Source of the DNA: an uncultured Gemmatimonadaceae bacterium
Lineage (GTDB): Bacteria > Gemmatimonadota > Gemmatimonadetes > Gemmatimonadales > Gemmatimonadaceae
Assembly (NCBI GenBank): GCA_963843845.1
Contig: CAWJMB010000002.1
Coordinates: 576,001 to 640,000, forward strand
Reading direction: 5' to 3'
DNA length: 64,000 nt
Shown here in pieces: positions 33,074 to 44,645 of this stretch. Made by a program: the position numbers and the translations under genes. How positions within the stretch are numbered: position 1 is the stretch's first letter; every line of letters starts with the position of its first letter. Under the pieces are notes generated by a model. The model worked only from the letters and a program-made list of their open reading frames with translations, made no database searches and had not been told where the DNA came from.

Positions 33074-33909
33074 TCAGTCCACGAACGTCACGTCCACCGC
33101 GTGCGGAATCACGCCGGACTCGGCGCCCCGCCGCAGGAACAGCCGGACCGCGTCGCGCCCGCGGTCGCCGTAGTCGAGCGTCCAGTCGTTCACGTACATG
33201 CCGACGAATTCGTCGGCCTCGCGCGGGTCGAGCCCGCGGGCGTATCGCATGGCGTGGCTCAGCGCGTCGCCGCGGTGCTCGAGTCCGTAGGCGATGCTCG
33301 CGCGCAGATGGCGCGACACCAGGCGGATCGTGTCCTCGCCCAGATCCTTGCGCACGACGTTGCCGCCTAGCGGCAGCGGCAGCCCGGTCTCACCATGCCA
33401 CCACACGCCCATGTCGGCGACGAGGTGCAGCCCGCGTGCGCCGAAGGTGAGTTGGCCTTCGTGGATGAGCAGCCCCGCGTCGACCTCGCCGCGCTCCACG
33501 ACGTCCTCGATCTGGTCGAACGGCGTCCACACCGGCGTGAAGTCGGGCTCGAAGAGGCGCAGCGCGAGGTAGGCGCTCGTGAGCGGCCCCGGCACGGCGA
33601 CGCGCAGCCCTTTCACGTCGGCGCGCGTCATCGGCGTGCGAGCCACGAGGCGGGGCCCGTACTGGTCGCCCATGGACGCGCCGTGCGGCAGCAGCGCGTA
33701 GCGGTCGGCGAGTACGCATAGGCGTGGATCGAGACCGCCGTGACTTCCAGCTCGCCGCGGCGCGCTCGCTGGTTGAGCGTCTCGATGTCCTGCAGCTCGT
33801 GGACGTAGCGCAGCCCCTCGGTGTCGATCTTGTCGTTGGCGAGCGCGTAGAACATGAACGCGTCGTCGGAGTCGGGGCTGTGGGCGACGTGGATCGTGCG
33901 GGTGGGCAT
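33074..33909 (-). CDS. mqnD: 1,4-dihydroxy-6-naphthoate synthase, futalosine menaquinone pathway (frameshift near 33712)
   Basis: [57 protein letters not shown]. Confidence 0.88.
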
Positions 33910-34009
33910 GACGGGCCGGGACTCGGGGCTGTCGGGACTCAAGGATCGGGGATCGGGGATCGGGACGTCGATGTGAACCGACCACCCACCCTCGATCCCG
34001 GGCCGTTCG

Positions 34010-34915
34010 TTATCTCTTCGCTGCCGCGAGCGCGTCGTCGATGTCGGCGGCGTGGCGCTGATACTCCGCGACGTTCTGCTGCCGCTCCCCCGCGCGTTCG
34101 GCGGCGAGCAGGCGCGACCGGAAGTCGGCGAGCGCCTTCGCGTCCTTGCGCTGCTCGGCGGCCCGCGTCGCGAGCACGAGGCCGAGCAGGTGCGTCGGGT
34201 TCTGCTCGAGGATCGTGTCGGCCTGCGCGCGCGCGACGTCCGCGCGCCCCGCGACCTCGGCGATGCGCCCCATGTCGTAGCGCTGGTCGAGGTCGACGGC
34301 GGCGCCCATCGCTTCGTAGTTCTGCAACGCCATCGCCGCGAAGAACGCGGCGCTGTCGGACTTGCCCTGGCTGCTCATCATCATGACGCGGTTGTAGAGC
34401 CGGTCCGCGATCTCGCGCGGCGTCATGTTCGCGAGGTTGGGCGCGCCGCTGCCGGCGGGTCCGCCTGGCGCGCCGCCGCCGGCGAACGGTCCGCCCGCCG
34501 CGCCGCCCGCCGCGCCGCCAGGCACCTCGCCGAGCGACGCCTGCGGCAGCGCGTTCGCGGAGCCGTCGAGGCCGGAGCCTTTCGCGGCGCCGAAGTTCTT
34601 GCCGGCCGCCATCGCGGCGAGCGCGAGCAGCGCGACGAAGGCGACGCCCCAGGGCAGGATGCTCGCCGCGCGGTCGGGGCGGGCCGGAAGCGGAACGAGG
34701 CCCGCGGCGGCGAGACCCGCGGCCGCTCGCGCCGGGGCGCCGGCGGCGAGGCCGCAGCGGTGGCAGAACTTCGCGCCGGCCGAGAGCGGGGCGGCGCAGC
34801 TCGCGCACGCCGCGCCACCCATGGAGGCGCCGCACGCCGAGCAGAAGCGGCCCGCGCTGGACTCGCCGCACGCGGGGCAGGTGCTCGTGGTCGCCGAAGG
34901 AGCAGGGGAGGACAT
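34010..34915 (-). CDS. Double zinc-ribbon membrane protein with C-terminal helical/TPR-like domain
   Basis: [37 protein letters not shown], then helical domain. Confidence 0.8.
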   Translation of the reverse strand: MSSPAPSATTSTCPACGESSAGRFCSACGASMGGAACASCAAPLSAGAKFCHRCGLAAGAPARAAAGLAAAGLVPLPARPDRAASILPWGVAFVALLALAAMAAGKNFGAAKGSGLDGSANALPQASLGEVPGGAAGGAAGGPFAGGGAPGGPAGSGAPNLANMTPREIADRLYNRVMMMSSQGKSDSAAFFAAMALQNYEAMGAAVDLDQRYDMGRIAEVAGRADVARAQADTILEQNPTHLLGLVLATRAAEQRKDAKALADFRSRLLAAERAGERQQNVAEYQRHAADIDDALAAAKR

Positions 34916-34977
34916 GGCCGCAAGCTAACCCGACTGTCGTCCGGGGCGCAGCGAGGCCTGCGCCCGGGACGACGGCG

Positions 34978-35394
34978 TTACGGCTGTGAGATCTGCTCGA
35001 TCGTCTTCTCCACGCGGCTGCCGTCGGCCTCGAGCACGACGTCGGCCTGCGACACGATGCCGACGACCACGCCGCCCTCGTCGACGATCGGGACGCGGCG
35101 CACCTGCTCGTCGGCCATGACGCGCATGACGTCCTTCACGCTGTCGTCCGGGCGGCAGCTCTTCGGCGACGGCGACATCGCGTCGCGCACCTGTGCCGAC
35201 GTCATCCCTTCGGCGACGACGCGGATCGCGATGTCGCGGTCGGTGATCATCCCGATGAGCCGGCGCGATCCCTCGGCGTCGACGACCGGCAGCGCGCCGG
35301 TGTCCTCGGTCTTCATGAGCCGTGCCGCCTCCTGCACCGGGGTCTCCGGCGTGACGACGCGCGGGTTCGCCGTCATGATGTCTCTGGCTTTCAT
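34978..35394 (-). CDS. CBS-pair domain protein
   Basis: MKARDIMT, GALPVV, GMITDRDIAIR, QVRRVPIV. Confidence 0.92.
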   Translation of the reverse strand: MKARDIMTANPRVVTPETPVQEAARLMKTEDTGALPVVDAEGSRRLIGMITDRDIAIRVVAEGMTSAQVRDAMSPSPKSCRPDDSVKDVMRVMADEQVRRVPIVDEGGVVVGIVSQADVVLEADGSRVEKTIEQISQP

Positions 35395-35462
35395 CGTGTC
35401 GCTCTCTGGGTGTGGGTCGTACCGAGAGGGGCAAGCGACGTACCCGGGCTATCTTATCGCCC

Positions 35463-36816
35463 ATGCCCACCGAGACTCCGACCGCGAAATCGTTGCTCGC
35501 GCGCGCGACCGACGAGCAGATCCGCTTCCTGCGCCTGCAGTTCACCGACATCCTCGGCGTCAACAAGAACGTCGAGATGCCGGCGTCGCAGTTCGAGAAG
35601 GCGCTCGCCGGCGACATCATGTTCGACGGCATCTCGCATCGAGGGGTTCGTGCGCATCGAGGAGAGCGACATGCTGCTCGCGCCCGACCTCTCGACGTTT
35701 CGGGTGCTTCCCGTGGGGCGATCCGGAGGCGACGCGTGGCGCGCGTGATCTGCGACGTCACGATGCCCGACGGCACGCCGTTCGCCGGCGATCCGCGCGG
35801 GGCGCTCAAGCGCGCAGCTCGCGCGACGCGGCGGCGATGGGCTTCACGATGAACGCGGGGATGGAGGCGGAGTTCTTCCTGTTCAAGCGCGGGCCGAGAC
35901 GGGCGAGCGCGACGACGAAGACGCACGACGTCGGCGGCTACTTCGACCTCGCGCCGGTGGACCTGCGGCGAGGACGCGCGCCGCGCGATCGTGGACGACG
36001 CTCGAGCAGATGGGCTTCGAGGTGGAGGCGGCGCACCACGAGGTGGCGCACGGCCAGCACGAGATCGACTTCCGCTACGCCGACGCGCTCACGCACGGCC
36101 GACAACATCGCGACGTTCCGCTTCGTCGTGAAGCACGTGGCGCAGCAGTTCGGGCTCGTCGCGTCGTTCATGCCGAAGCCGATCTTCGGGCAGAACGGCA
36201 GCGGCATGCACACGCACCAGTCGCTGTTCAAGGGCAGGAAGAACGCGTTCTGGGACGCCGACGCCGAGTGGGAGCTGTCGCGCGACGGCGCTGCACTACA
36301 TCGGCGGGCTGCTGCGCCACGCGCGCGGCATGTGCGCGATCACGAACCCGCTGGTGAACTCGTACAAGCGCCTCGTGCCGGGCTACGAGGCGCCGGTGAA
36401 CGTCGCGTGGAGCATGCGCAACCGCTCGCCGATGATCCGCGTCCCCGAGCGGCGCGGCGCTCGGCACGCGCGTCGAGCTGCGCGATGCCCGATCCGGCGG
36501 CGAACCCGTACCTCGCGCTCGCCGTGATGCTCGCCGCGGGGCTCGACGGCATCGAGACGCAGGCCGACTAGCGCGAGCCGGTGAACGAGAACATCTGGGA
36601 GATGAGCTTCCGCGAGCAGCGGCGGCTGCGCATCGACGACCTGCCGCACGACCTCAACGAGGCGTGCGACGAGCTGGAGAAGAACGACGTCGTGACAGGC
36701 GGCGCTGGGCGAGCACATCACCGAGCACTTCCTGGCGGCGAAGCGGCAGGAGTGGCGCGAGTACATCACGCAGGTGACGGCGTGGGAGCTGGAGCAGCTA
36801 CCTGGCGAAGTACTGA
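35463..36816 (+). CDS. glnA: Glutamine synthetase type I (many frameshifts and one TAG near 36570, probably sequence errors)
   Basis: [88 protein letters not shown]. Confidence 0.93.
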
Positions 36817-36828
36817 GCCGTCCGGCGG

Positions 36829-39311
36829 TCAGCCTTCGTCTCGCAACGCCTCGGTCGGCTGAATGCGGAGTGCCCGTCGCGTCGGGACGACGCACGCGAC
36901 CGCACAGCACAGCGCCGTCGACAGCGCGAAGACCGCCGTCATGCCGAAGTCGTCGAGGTGCACGTCCGACAGGTCGTTGTTCGCGAGACCGAGCGCCAGG
37001 ATCGCCCCGACGCCGATGCCCAGCGCGATCTGCACCAGCGGGCGCCTGAACACGGCCGTCAGGACGTGCAGCGGCCGCGCGCCGAGCGCGACGCGGACGC
37101 CGATCTCCCGCGTCCGCTTGGCGACGGCGAAGGCCGTCACCGCATAGACGCCGGCGAGCGACAACATCAGGGTCACGGTCGTCAGGCTGATCAGGAGCTC
37201 CAACCAGAACGCGTTCGTGGACTCCCGCAGACGGGACAGCGGCTTCGGGTCGATCACGCGGAGCGCGGGATCCGTCACGAGCGCGAGCTCGCGGAGACGC
37301 ACCGCAAACCGCTGCGGATCGCCGCGCACGTGAATGGCGACGCGGAGCGGACCGGTGTCCTTCGGCAACGTCGCCTCGAAGATGCGGGCTCGGCCGAGAT
37401 CGCCGTCGTTGGCGCGGTTCACGCCGAGGTCAGGCACGACGCCGACGATGTCGTACCACGACTCGGCGGTGACCTCGCGAGTCGATGAGTAGCGAAACCG
37501 GCGGCCGATCGGGTTCCGGCCGCCCATGACCCGATCGACGAAGAACTCGTTGACGAGTACGGCACGTGTCTGCTGTTCCGCGTCGGCCGTCGTCAACGCC
37601 CGGCCGCGAATCACGGGCGCGCCGACCGCGTCGAAGAATCGCGGATCGACGGAGACGATCCCGGCGCAGTACCCACCCACACAGCGTTCGCTGTGCTCGG
37701 CGGCCGGACCCGGGTCCATCGTGATCCCGCGCCACCGGGTGCGCATCAGCGGCATCTGATCGGCGTACGTGACGTCCAGCACGCCCGGCTCCTGTCGCAG
37801 CCGGTCGGCGAGCGCGCGGTAGCGCGTCTCGAGCCGCGCCGCCCGCACCGCCGGCACCGTGTCGCCACTCTCCGCGACGCCGTCCAGGCGATCGACGGCG
37901 AGCGTGGCCGTGAGAAATGCGTCGGCCGGGAATCCTGCCGGCGTGTCGCGCGTGCCGTCGCCTCCCACGCCGATCAGCGGCACCGGCAGCATCGTCGTGA
38001 GCGCGAGCTGCGCGACGATGACCACGGTCCACACGCCGCCGAACTGCAACCCGCCGCCGCCGCTCGACGCGGCGCGGAGCCTGCCGACCGACACGGCGCG
38101 ACGTCACCTTGAGCGCGGGCACGACGCCGGCGATCGCCGCCGCGAACAGCGTCAGGGCGGCGGCATACAGCATCGTCGTCGTCGACAGCGAGGTGTCGAT
38201 CCAGAACGGCAACGGACCCGTTCGCCCTTCGAACTCCGCCCACGCCCGCGCGAGCACGACGCGCGCGACCAGGAGACCGACCACCGCGCCGACCGCGCAC
38301 AGGAGGAGCGCCTCGGCGAAGAGCTGCGTGAGGATGCGCCCGCGGCTGGCGCCGAGCGCGGCGCGAACCAGGAGCTCCCGCTCTCGGCTCACGGCGCGGG
38401 CGAACAGCAGCATGGCGACGTTGCCGCACAACAGCGCGGCCAACAGCACGAGGAACACGTTGATCGACGCCAGGACCACCGCCGCGATGTCCGGCAAGTC
38501 GCTGACGGCGTCGGGCAGCGAGAGAAGCTTGCAGGCGCACATTCCTGTGCGTCTCCGGAAACATCGTCGCCGCCCGGGCGCCCATCGTCGCCGCCTCGGC
38601 GGTCGCTTCGGCGCGAGTGCGGCCCGGCGCCAGCCGCCCGAAGACGTAGCGCAGGCTCGGCGAAGCCGCGGGAATCCGCTCGAGATGCAGCGGCCGCCAG
38701 ACGCCGTTCCGCTGCGGAAATCCGTAGCCGCGCGGCATCACGCCGACGATCGTGACGGGCGTGCCGCTGATGCGGATGACGCGGCCGACGGCGTCTGCCG
38801 CGCCGGCCAGCTCGTGCTTCCAGAAGTCGTATCCGACCACCACGACCTCGTCCGCGCCGCCCCGTTCGTCGGCGTCGAGCAGCGTGCGTCCCATCAACGC
38901 TGGCACGCGCGTGAGCGCGAAGGTCGACGCGGTGACGCTGGCGACGGTCTCCGGCTGACCGGGACCGGCGCCGACGGCGACGCTGCGCTCGTCCACCTGG
39001 ACGGCGCCGAGGTCGGTGATCGCGCGGAGGCCGTCGCGCCACAGCTCGTAATCGCGCCGCGACGCGGCGATCCCCGTGTTGTCGGCGACGTTCCAGCTCC
39101 GCAGCGCGACGATCGCGTCGCCGTCCGGGAGCGGAATCGTCGGCCAGAGCGCCTGCCGCGCGACCTCGAACCCGACGGTGCCGACGGCGATCGCGAACGC
39201 GACCGCAACCGTTGCGATCGCGGTGAGCGCAGGGTGCTTGACCAGCATGCGACCGGCGAGCCGGAGGTCGAGCCCCGAGACGCGAAGACTGTCGAGCGCG
39301 CGCGATCCCAT
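36829..39311 (-). CDS. Duplicated orphan ABC permease (ADOP/MacB-FtsX type), frameshifts near 38100 and 38520
   Basis: DLRLAGRMLVKHPALT, ELLVRAALGASRGRILTQLFAE, RTREIGVRVALGA, PTRRALRIQPTEALRDE. Confidence 0.9.
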
Positions 39312-39426
39312 GAGGAGACGGGCGGAGTGCCTGTGTTGGAGCTCGTGGCCCCTTTGTCGAAGCGATCGGCTCGCTACGCTCGCTCGTCGCCTTTCGTTTC
39401 ACGGCGCCCCAGGCGACTCCCGGGAG

Positions 39427-39750
39427 TCAGGCCGTTGGGCGCGGCACGACGTGCGCGCAGCCACTCGGCGAACGCCTCTTCGTCGAGGACCCCGTCGCTA
39501 GCCCGAACGCGTACGCGGCCGCGAGTCGCGGCAGATCACCGCCGACGTAGGCGAAGAGATTCTGCGGACGGGCGAGCGCGGACTCGATCGGGTTTTCGCT
39601 GCTGACGCCTGCGAGACCGCCGTGCTGTGCGAGTCGCTCGTCGTGCAGCATGTCGACGATCTGTCGAGTGAGCCACCGGGGCTCGTCGGGAGCCGCCCGG
39701 TACTCGGACGCAGGACGCTCGCGAACACGGCGCTGTGCAGTTGTCGTCAT
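39427..39750 (-). pseudogene. doc: Doc (death-on-curing)/Fic toxin remnant with internal deletion
   Basis: PRWLTRQIVDMLHDERLAQHGGLAGV...IESALARPQNLFAY...LAAAYAFGLA jumps out of frame to DGVLDEEAFAEWLRA. The HPFxDGNKR segment is absent. Confidence 0.75.
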
Positions 39751-39929
39751 ATCCCCCTCACGCATCCGCGAGTGACTTGAGCGCGTTGCGGTACCGCCGA
39801 GCGATCCACTGAACGGAGGTCGAGCGCCTCGGTCATCGCCTTCGGCAGTGTGATGCCGAGCGAGTTGCCCTGGCGGCGGATCTTGAGCGTGACGGTCTGC
39901 ACGAGTGGCCCCGGCGTGAGGTAGTACAT
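39747..39929 (-). pseudogene. AbrB/MazE-like antitoxin remnant with internal deletion
   Basis: LKIRRQGNSLGITLPKAMTEALDL, then in another frame ARRYRNALKSLADA*. The middle is missing. Confidence 0.7.
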
Positions 39930-39960
39930 TGGTACTACCTCACGCCTGAGGAGCGAGCCC

Positions 39961-40164
39961 TCACGCCACGGCGGGCGTCGAGCGGCCGCGCCGGCCGCGG
40001 GTGACGAGGAGCAGCCCGCCCGCCAGTACGCGCAGCGCGAGCGCGCCGAGCCAGCCGCCGTCGCGCCCAGCGCCCCACCCGGCGCGCGCCTCGACCGCGG
40101 CGTTCAGGAGCTCGAACAGCCCGCCGAGCAGAACCAGGACCGCCACCGTGCGTTTCGTTCCCAT
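39961..40164 (-). CDS. Small hypothetical membrane protein
   Basis: Two hydrophobic segments in 67 aa. Confidence 0.45.
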   Translation of the reverse strand: MGTKRTVAVLVLLGGLFELLNAAVEARAGWGAGRDGGWLGALALRVLAGGLLLVTRGRRGRSTPAVA

Positions 40165-40214
40165 CGTGTCGACATTGGCTGTGCAAGTCGGTTCGTCTGG
40201 TACGTTCTAGAGAC

Positions 40215-40724
40215 ATGGACGACGCCGACCGGCTGTTCCGCGAGTACAACGCCCCGCTCGTGCGCTACCTCACCCGCCGCCTGGGCGACCGCGACTGGGC
40301 CGAGGAGGTGGCGCAGGAGACGTTTCTGCGCGCGCTCCGGCACGGCCCGGTCGAGCACGAGCGGGCGTGGCTGTTCGCCGTCGCCACGAACCTCGTGCGC
40401 GACGAGGCGCGGAAGGACGCGCGCCGGCGCCGGCATCTCGAGCTGCTGCGTGTGGAAACCGCTGACGACCACGTCGAGCCGGAGCCGACGACGCTCGAGC
40501 GGGCGCAGGAGGCTGCGCTCGCGCGGAAGGCGGTCGACGCGCTCGCGGAGCGCGACCGGATCGCGTTGCTCATGCGGGAGGAAGGGTTGGACTACCACGA
40601 GATCGCCGAGGCGACCGGGCTGTCGGTCGGCTCGATCGGGACGACGCTGTCGCGGGCGCGGCGGCGGCTCGTCGAGGCCTATGAGTCGCTCACCGCGGCG
40701 CGGAGGGATTCGCATGCGTCCTGA
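40215..40724 (+). CDS. ECF sigma-70 factor
   Basis: WAEEVAQETFLRA, AWLFAVATNLVRD, LDYHEIAEATGLSVGSIGTTLSRARRRL. Confidence 0.93.
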   Translation: MDDADRLFREYNAPLVRYLTRRLGDRDWAEEVAQETFLRALRHGPVEHERAWLFAVATNLVRDEARKDARRRRHLELLRVETADDHVEPEPTTLERAQEAALARKAVDALAERDRIALLMREEGLDYHEIAEATGLSVGSIGTTLSRARRRLVEAYESLTAARRDSHAS

Positions 40725-42261
40725 CGAGCGGAGGACGGACCACGTCGACGAAGGAGCCGTTCACGCGTGGCTCGACGGCGCACTGTCGGCCGGCGAGGGA
40801 GCGCTGATCGAGGAACACGTCACGGCGTGTTCAACATGTGCGGCGCTCGTCGCGGAAGCGCGTGGACTGATCGCAGCCTCGTCGCGGATCCTCGTCGCGC
40901 TCGACGACGTGCCGGGGGACGTGATCCCGTCGACGCGGCCGGCGTCGGTGCCACCTTCGCGGCCGATTCCAGTGGCGTTCGCCAACGACGTGCCGGCCAG
41001 CGCGCCGCCCGCGCTGCCGATCGAGACGGCGGTCACGCCGCTGCGACGGCCGGTGCGACGTGCGGTGCCGTGGATGCGGTCGTCCGCGTTCCGGGCCGCG
41101 GCGGCGATCGTCGTCATGGCCGGCGGGGCGTTCGTCGTGACGTCGCGGGCGGGCTTCGACCGCTCGGCTCCCAGCCCCGCGATCGACGCGGGGCGGGAAG
41201 CGGCGCCGGATGCGGTGCCGGCACCAGCGCTGGGATCCACCCCGGCCGGCGACGCGAACCGTGAAGTGGTCGCAACGCCGACGGCGCCGCCGCGCGATGA
41301 CGCGCGCGCCCGAGATCTGACGGAGCGTGAGACGTCGTCGGCGCAGCCGCCACAGCGCGCCGGCGGGCCGGCAGATCGCCGAGCTAGTGCCCCTGCCGCC
41401 TCGATGCCCGCACCGGCGCCGTCGGCCGAGCCGCCGGCGACCGCGCGCGCCCGCGTGACGGCTCCCGCGGCGAAGGTCGCGCCGCCGCCCGCCACGAACG
41501 CGGCCGACGCGGCGCTCGCGCAGACGCGCGTCGCCGAGGGAGCGCGTGGAGCCGCGACGGCAGGGGGAACGATCGCCGGGCGCGTCACCGACACCCGCGG
41601 CGCGCCGCTCGCCGGGGTGCGGGTCGAGATGGTGATCCCGCCGGGTGCTGGTGCGGCGGCGCGGAGCGTGGCGGCGGGCAGAGGGGCGGGAACGGTCACC
41701 GATTCGGCAGGGCGTTTCGTGCTCGCCGATGTCGTCCCCGGGGCGGCGACGGTCCGCGCCCGCGGGCTCGGCTTCGCGCCGACGGCGACGACGGTCGGCG
41801 TCGCGCCGGCGGAGACGACGCGCGCCACGCTGGCGCTCGCCCCGAGTGCGCTGCACCTCTCGGAGGTCGTCGTCACGAACGCTCCGGTCGCCACGAGCGC
41901 CGCGCCCGCCCCCACCGAGGCTCGGCGCGACGCGGCGGGGCGGAGCGACGCGCTGAAGCGCGTCGCGCCGGACGACGCGGTGCCGGGGTGCTACCGGCTG
42001 AGCGTCGGCGACTGGGCGCCGTCGGGGATGACGGACTCCGCGCTCCCGGCGACGCTTCGCCTCGACCGGCCGCCGACCGCGACGGCGCCGTGGACGCTCG
42101 CGACGAACGGCGTGCTCACCGTTCGGCGCGGCGCGGTGACGCTCACGCTGCGCGCGCGAGACGGCGGGTGGGACGGCGACGCGACGTCGGGCGTGCGGCG
42201 AGCGCCCGTCCGTCTCGTGCGCGAGACGACGTCCGCCGCGTGTGCCGCGCCTGCTCGGTGA
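40714..42261 (+). CDS. ZAS (zf-HC2) anti-sigma factor with TM and carboxypeptidase-regulatory-like domain
   Basis: HVDEGAVHAWLDG...HVTACSTC, TM AAAAIVVMAGGAFVV, GTIAGRVTDTRGAPLAGV...TDSAGRF. Overlaps the ECF stop. Confidence 0.82.
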   Translation: MRPDERRTDHVDEGAVHAWLDGALSAGEGALIEEHVTACSTCAALVAEARGLIAASSRILVALDDVPGDVIPSTRPASVPPSRPIPVAFANDVPASAPPALPIETAVTPLRRPVRRAVPWMRSSAFRAAAAIVVMAGGAFVVTSRAGFDRSAPSPAIDAGREAAPDAVPAPALGSTPAGDANREVVATPTAPPRDDARARDLTERETSSAQPPQRAGGPADRRASAPAASMPAPAPSAEPPATARARVTAPAAKVAPPPATNAADAALAQTRVAEGARGAATAGGTIAGRVTDTRGAPLAGVRVEMVIPPGAGAAARSVAAGRGAGTVTDSAGRFVLADVVPGAATVRARGLGFAPTATTVGVAPAETTRATLALAPSALHLSEVVVTNAPVATSAAPAPTEARRDAAGRSDALKRVAPDDAVPGCYRLSVGDWAPSGMTDSALPATLRLDRPPTATAPWTLATNGVLTVRRGAVTLTLRARDGGWDGDATSGVRRAPVRLVRETTSAACAAPAR

Positions 42262-42379
42262 CCGTCGGGCACGATCGTTAGGCGCGAAAGACGTTGCGGG
42301 CGGCGTGTGCAAGCCGCCGCCCGAGCGACGTCTCCCTGTCGAGAACCGCACGACTTCACGCTCGACAGGAGCCACCGCC

Positions 42380-44482
42380 ATGCTCACCTCGCTCGCCCGC
42401 GCCGCGCTGTTGAGCGCCGCCGCCCTCGCCGCGCCGACGCCGAGCGCGACCTCGCGCTCCGGCGCCGCACTCCCCGCTGCACCGCCGCGCAACGCCTTCG
42501 CCGAAGGCTCGAGGCGAGCGATCGTCGACGCCGTCGTGTTCACCGGCACCGTCCGCGACAGTCGCGGTGCCGCGCTGAGCGGCGCGGTCGTCACGGCGAC
42601 GGTCGGCACCGTCGCGCGCGGGTCGACGACGAGCGACGGCGCCGGCCGCTATACGCTCCGCATCGAGCGTCTCGCGCGCGCCGACGCCCTCACCCTCTCG
42701 GCGCGCCGAATCGGCTTCGCGACGAGCAGTGCGCGGCCGCGCGTCGCCGGCGACACGGTGCGCGTGGACTTCACGCTCGCGACGTCGGCGCTGGCGCTCC
42801 AGCAGATGACCGCTCCCACCGGCACCGGCGCGTCGGCAGCGGACGCCGCGCGCACATCGGAATCACGCACGCGCCGCGATCGCGCCGAGTCCGAGGGACG
42901 GCCGCTGCCCGTCGCGGTTCCGGCGCCGTTCATCGTCGCGCCGCAGCGCGGGGTGGCGGCGAGCGCCCTCGTGCGTGGCGCCCCGCCGGCGGCCGAGCGG
43001 CACCCCGGCTTCCCGCGCGACGTCCGCGGCACGCGCCCGCCGGCCGACCGTGAGGGCTACGACCGCATCGAGGAGAACCCCTTCCTCGCCGTCGCGTCGA
43101 ACCCGCGCTCGACCTTCTCGGTCGACGTCGACGCCGCGTCGTACGGCAACGTGCGGCGCTTCATCGCGAACGGGCAGCGCCCGCCGGCCGACGCGGTGCG
43201 CATCGAGGAGCTGGTGAACTACTTCCCGTACGCGCTCCCGGCGCCGCGCGGCGACGACCCGCTCGCGATCACGACCGAGGTCGCGCCGGCGCCGTGGCAG
43301 CCGCAGCACCGCCTCGTGCGCGTGGCGCTCCAGTCCCGCGCCATCGAGACCTCCGCGCTGCCCCCGAGCAACCTCGTGTTCCTCGTCGACGTGTCGGGGT
43401 CGATGAACGAGCCGAACAAGCTGCCGCTCGTCCAGCGGTCGCTGCGGCTGCTCGTCGATCAGCTCCGGGAGCAGGATCGGGTCGCGATCGTCGTCTATGC
43501 CGGCGCGGCGGGGCTCGTGCTCCCGCCGACGCCGGGCGATCAGAAAGAGCGCATCGTCGCGGCCATCGATCGCCTGCAGGCGGGGGGCTCGACGGCAGGC
43601 GGCGACGGGCTGCAGCTCGCCTATCGCGTGGCCCGCGAGAGCCGCAGTGCGCGCGGCGTGACCCGCGTCATCCTCGCCACCGACGGCGACTTCAACGTCG
43701 GCGTGTCGAGCGACGGCGAGTTGGAGCGCCTCGTCGAGTCGAAGCGCGCCGAGGGGACGTACCTGACGGTGCTCGGCTTCGGCACGGGGAACTATCAGGA
43801 CGCGAAGATGGAGAAGCTGGCGAAGCGCGGGAACGGCAACTACGCGTACGTCGACGACCTCGACGAGGCGCGCAAGGTGCTCGTGCACGAGCTGGGCGCC
43901 ACGCTGCACACCGTCGCCGACGACGTGAAGCTCCAGATCGAGTTCAACCCCGCCGCCGTGCGCGGCTACCGCCTCATCGGCTACGAAGACCGGTTGCTGC
44001 GCGACGAGGACTTCATCGACGACGCCAAGGACGCCGGCGACATCGGCGCGGGGCACGCGGTCACGGCGCTCTACGAAGTCGTTCCGCGCGGCACCGAGAG
44101 CACGGTGACGCTGCGCGGGGTCGACCCGCTCCGCTACGGCACCGCGGCCGTTGCGTCGCCGACGCGCTCGGCGAACGAGCTGCTCTACGTGCAGGTACGC
44201 TACAAGCGCCCCGGCGACGCGACGAGCCGCCTCATGACACACCCGGTGTCGGCGAGCGTCAGGCGCCCTCCGTCGGACGACTTCCGCTTCGCTGCCGCGG
44301 TCGCCGAGTGGGGGATGCTGCTGCGCGGGTCCGCGCACGCCGGGCAGGCGAACGCGTCGCAGGTGCTGACGCTCGCCCGTGGGGCACTCGGCGACGACGC
44401 GGGGGGGTACCGGCGCGCGTTCGTGCAGCTCGTCGAGGCGTGGCGCGCACTCGAGACCTCGGTCGCGAGAGTGACGCGCTGA
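42380..44482 (+). CDS. Secreted vWA domain protein (YfbK/DUF3520-like) with N-terminal carboxypeptidase-regulatory-like domain
   Basis: STFSVDVDAASY, VRIEELVNYF, MIDAS DVSGSM, ILATDGDFNVG, VKLQIEFNP, DAGDIGAGHAVTALYE. Confidence 0.9.
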   Translation: MLTSLARAALLSAAALAAPTPSATSRSGAALPAAPPRNAFAEGSRRAIVDAVVFTGTVRDSRGAALSGAVVTATVGTVARGSTTSDGAGRYTLRIERLARADALTLSARRIGFATSSARPRVAGDTVRVDFTLATSALALQQMTAPTGTGASAADAARTSESRTRRDRAESEGRPLPVAVPAPFIVAPQRGVAASALVRGAPPAAERHPGFPRDVRGTRPPADREGYDRIEENPFLAVASNPRSTFSVDVDAASYGNVRRFIANGQRPPADAVRIEELVNYFPYALPAPRGDDPLAITTEVAPAPWQPQHRLVRVALQSRAIETSALPPSNLVFLVDVSGSMNEPNKLPLVQRSLRLLVDQLREQDRVAIVVYAGAAGLVLPPTPGDQKERIVAAIDRLQAGGSTAGGDGLQLAYRVARESRSARGVTRVILATDGDFNVGVSSDGELERLVESKRAEGTYLTVLGFGTGNYQDAKMEKLAKRGNGNYAYVDDLDEARKVLVHELGATLHTVADDVKLQIEFNPAAVRGYRLIGYEDRLLRDEDFIDDAKDAGDIGAGHAVTALYEVVPRGTESTVTLRGVDPLRYGTAAVASPTRSANELLYVQVRYKRPGDATSRLMTHPVSASVRRPPSDDFRFAAAVAEWGMLLRGSAHAGQANASQVLTLARGALGDDAGGYRRAFVQLVEAWRALETSVARVTR

Positions 44483-44645
44483 GCGTGCGACGGTAGGGGA
44501 TCGGACGCGCCGTCGACGCGCGCCGCGCAAATTTTTCCTTGCGCGGCGCGCCGGACGACCTCACACTGTGCGCGTCGAGAACCGCAGATTCGGCGTCACG
44601 GACGAATTCGCACCCTCGAGACACCTCACCATTCTGGAGGAGCTC

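Noticed and set aside
35463..36816. Programmed frameshifting or stop-codon recoding (TAG near 36570) in glnA
   Set aside because: Too many irregular indels and no slippery-site pattern. TAG serves as a normal stop elsewhere in the window. Sequence error is the simpler explanation.
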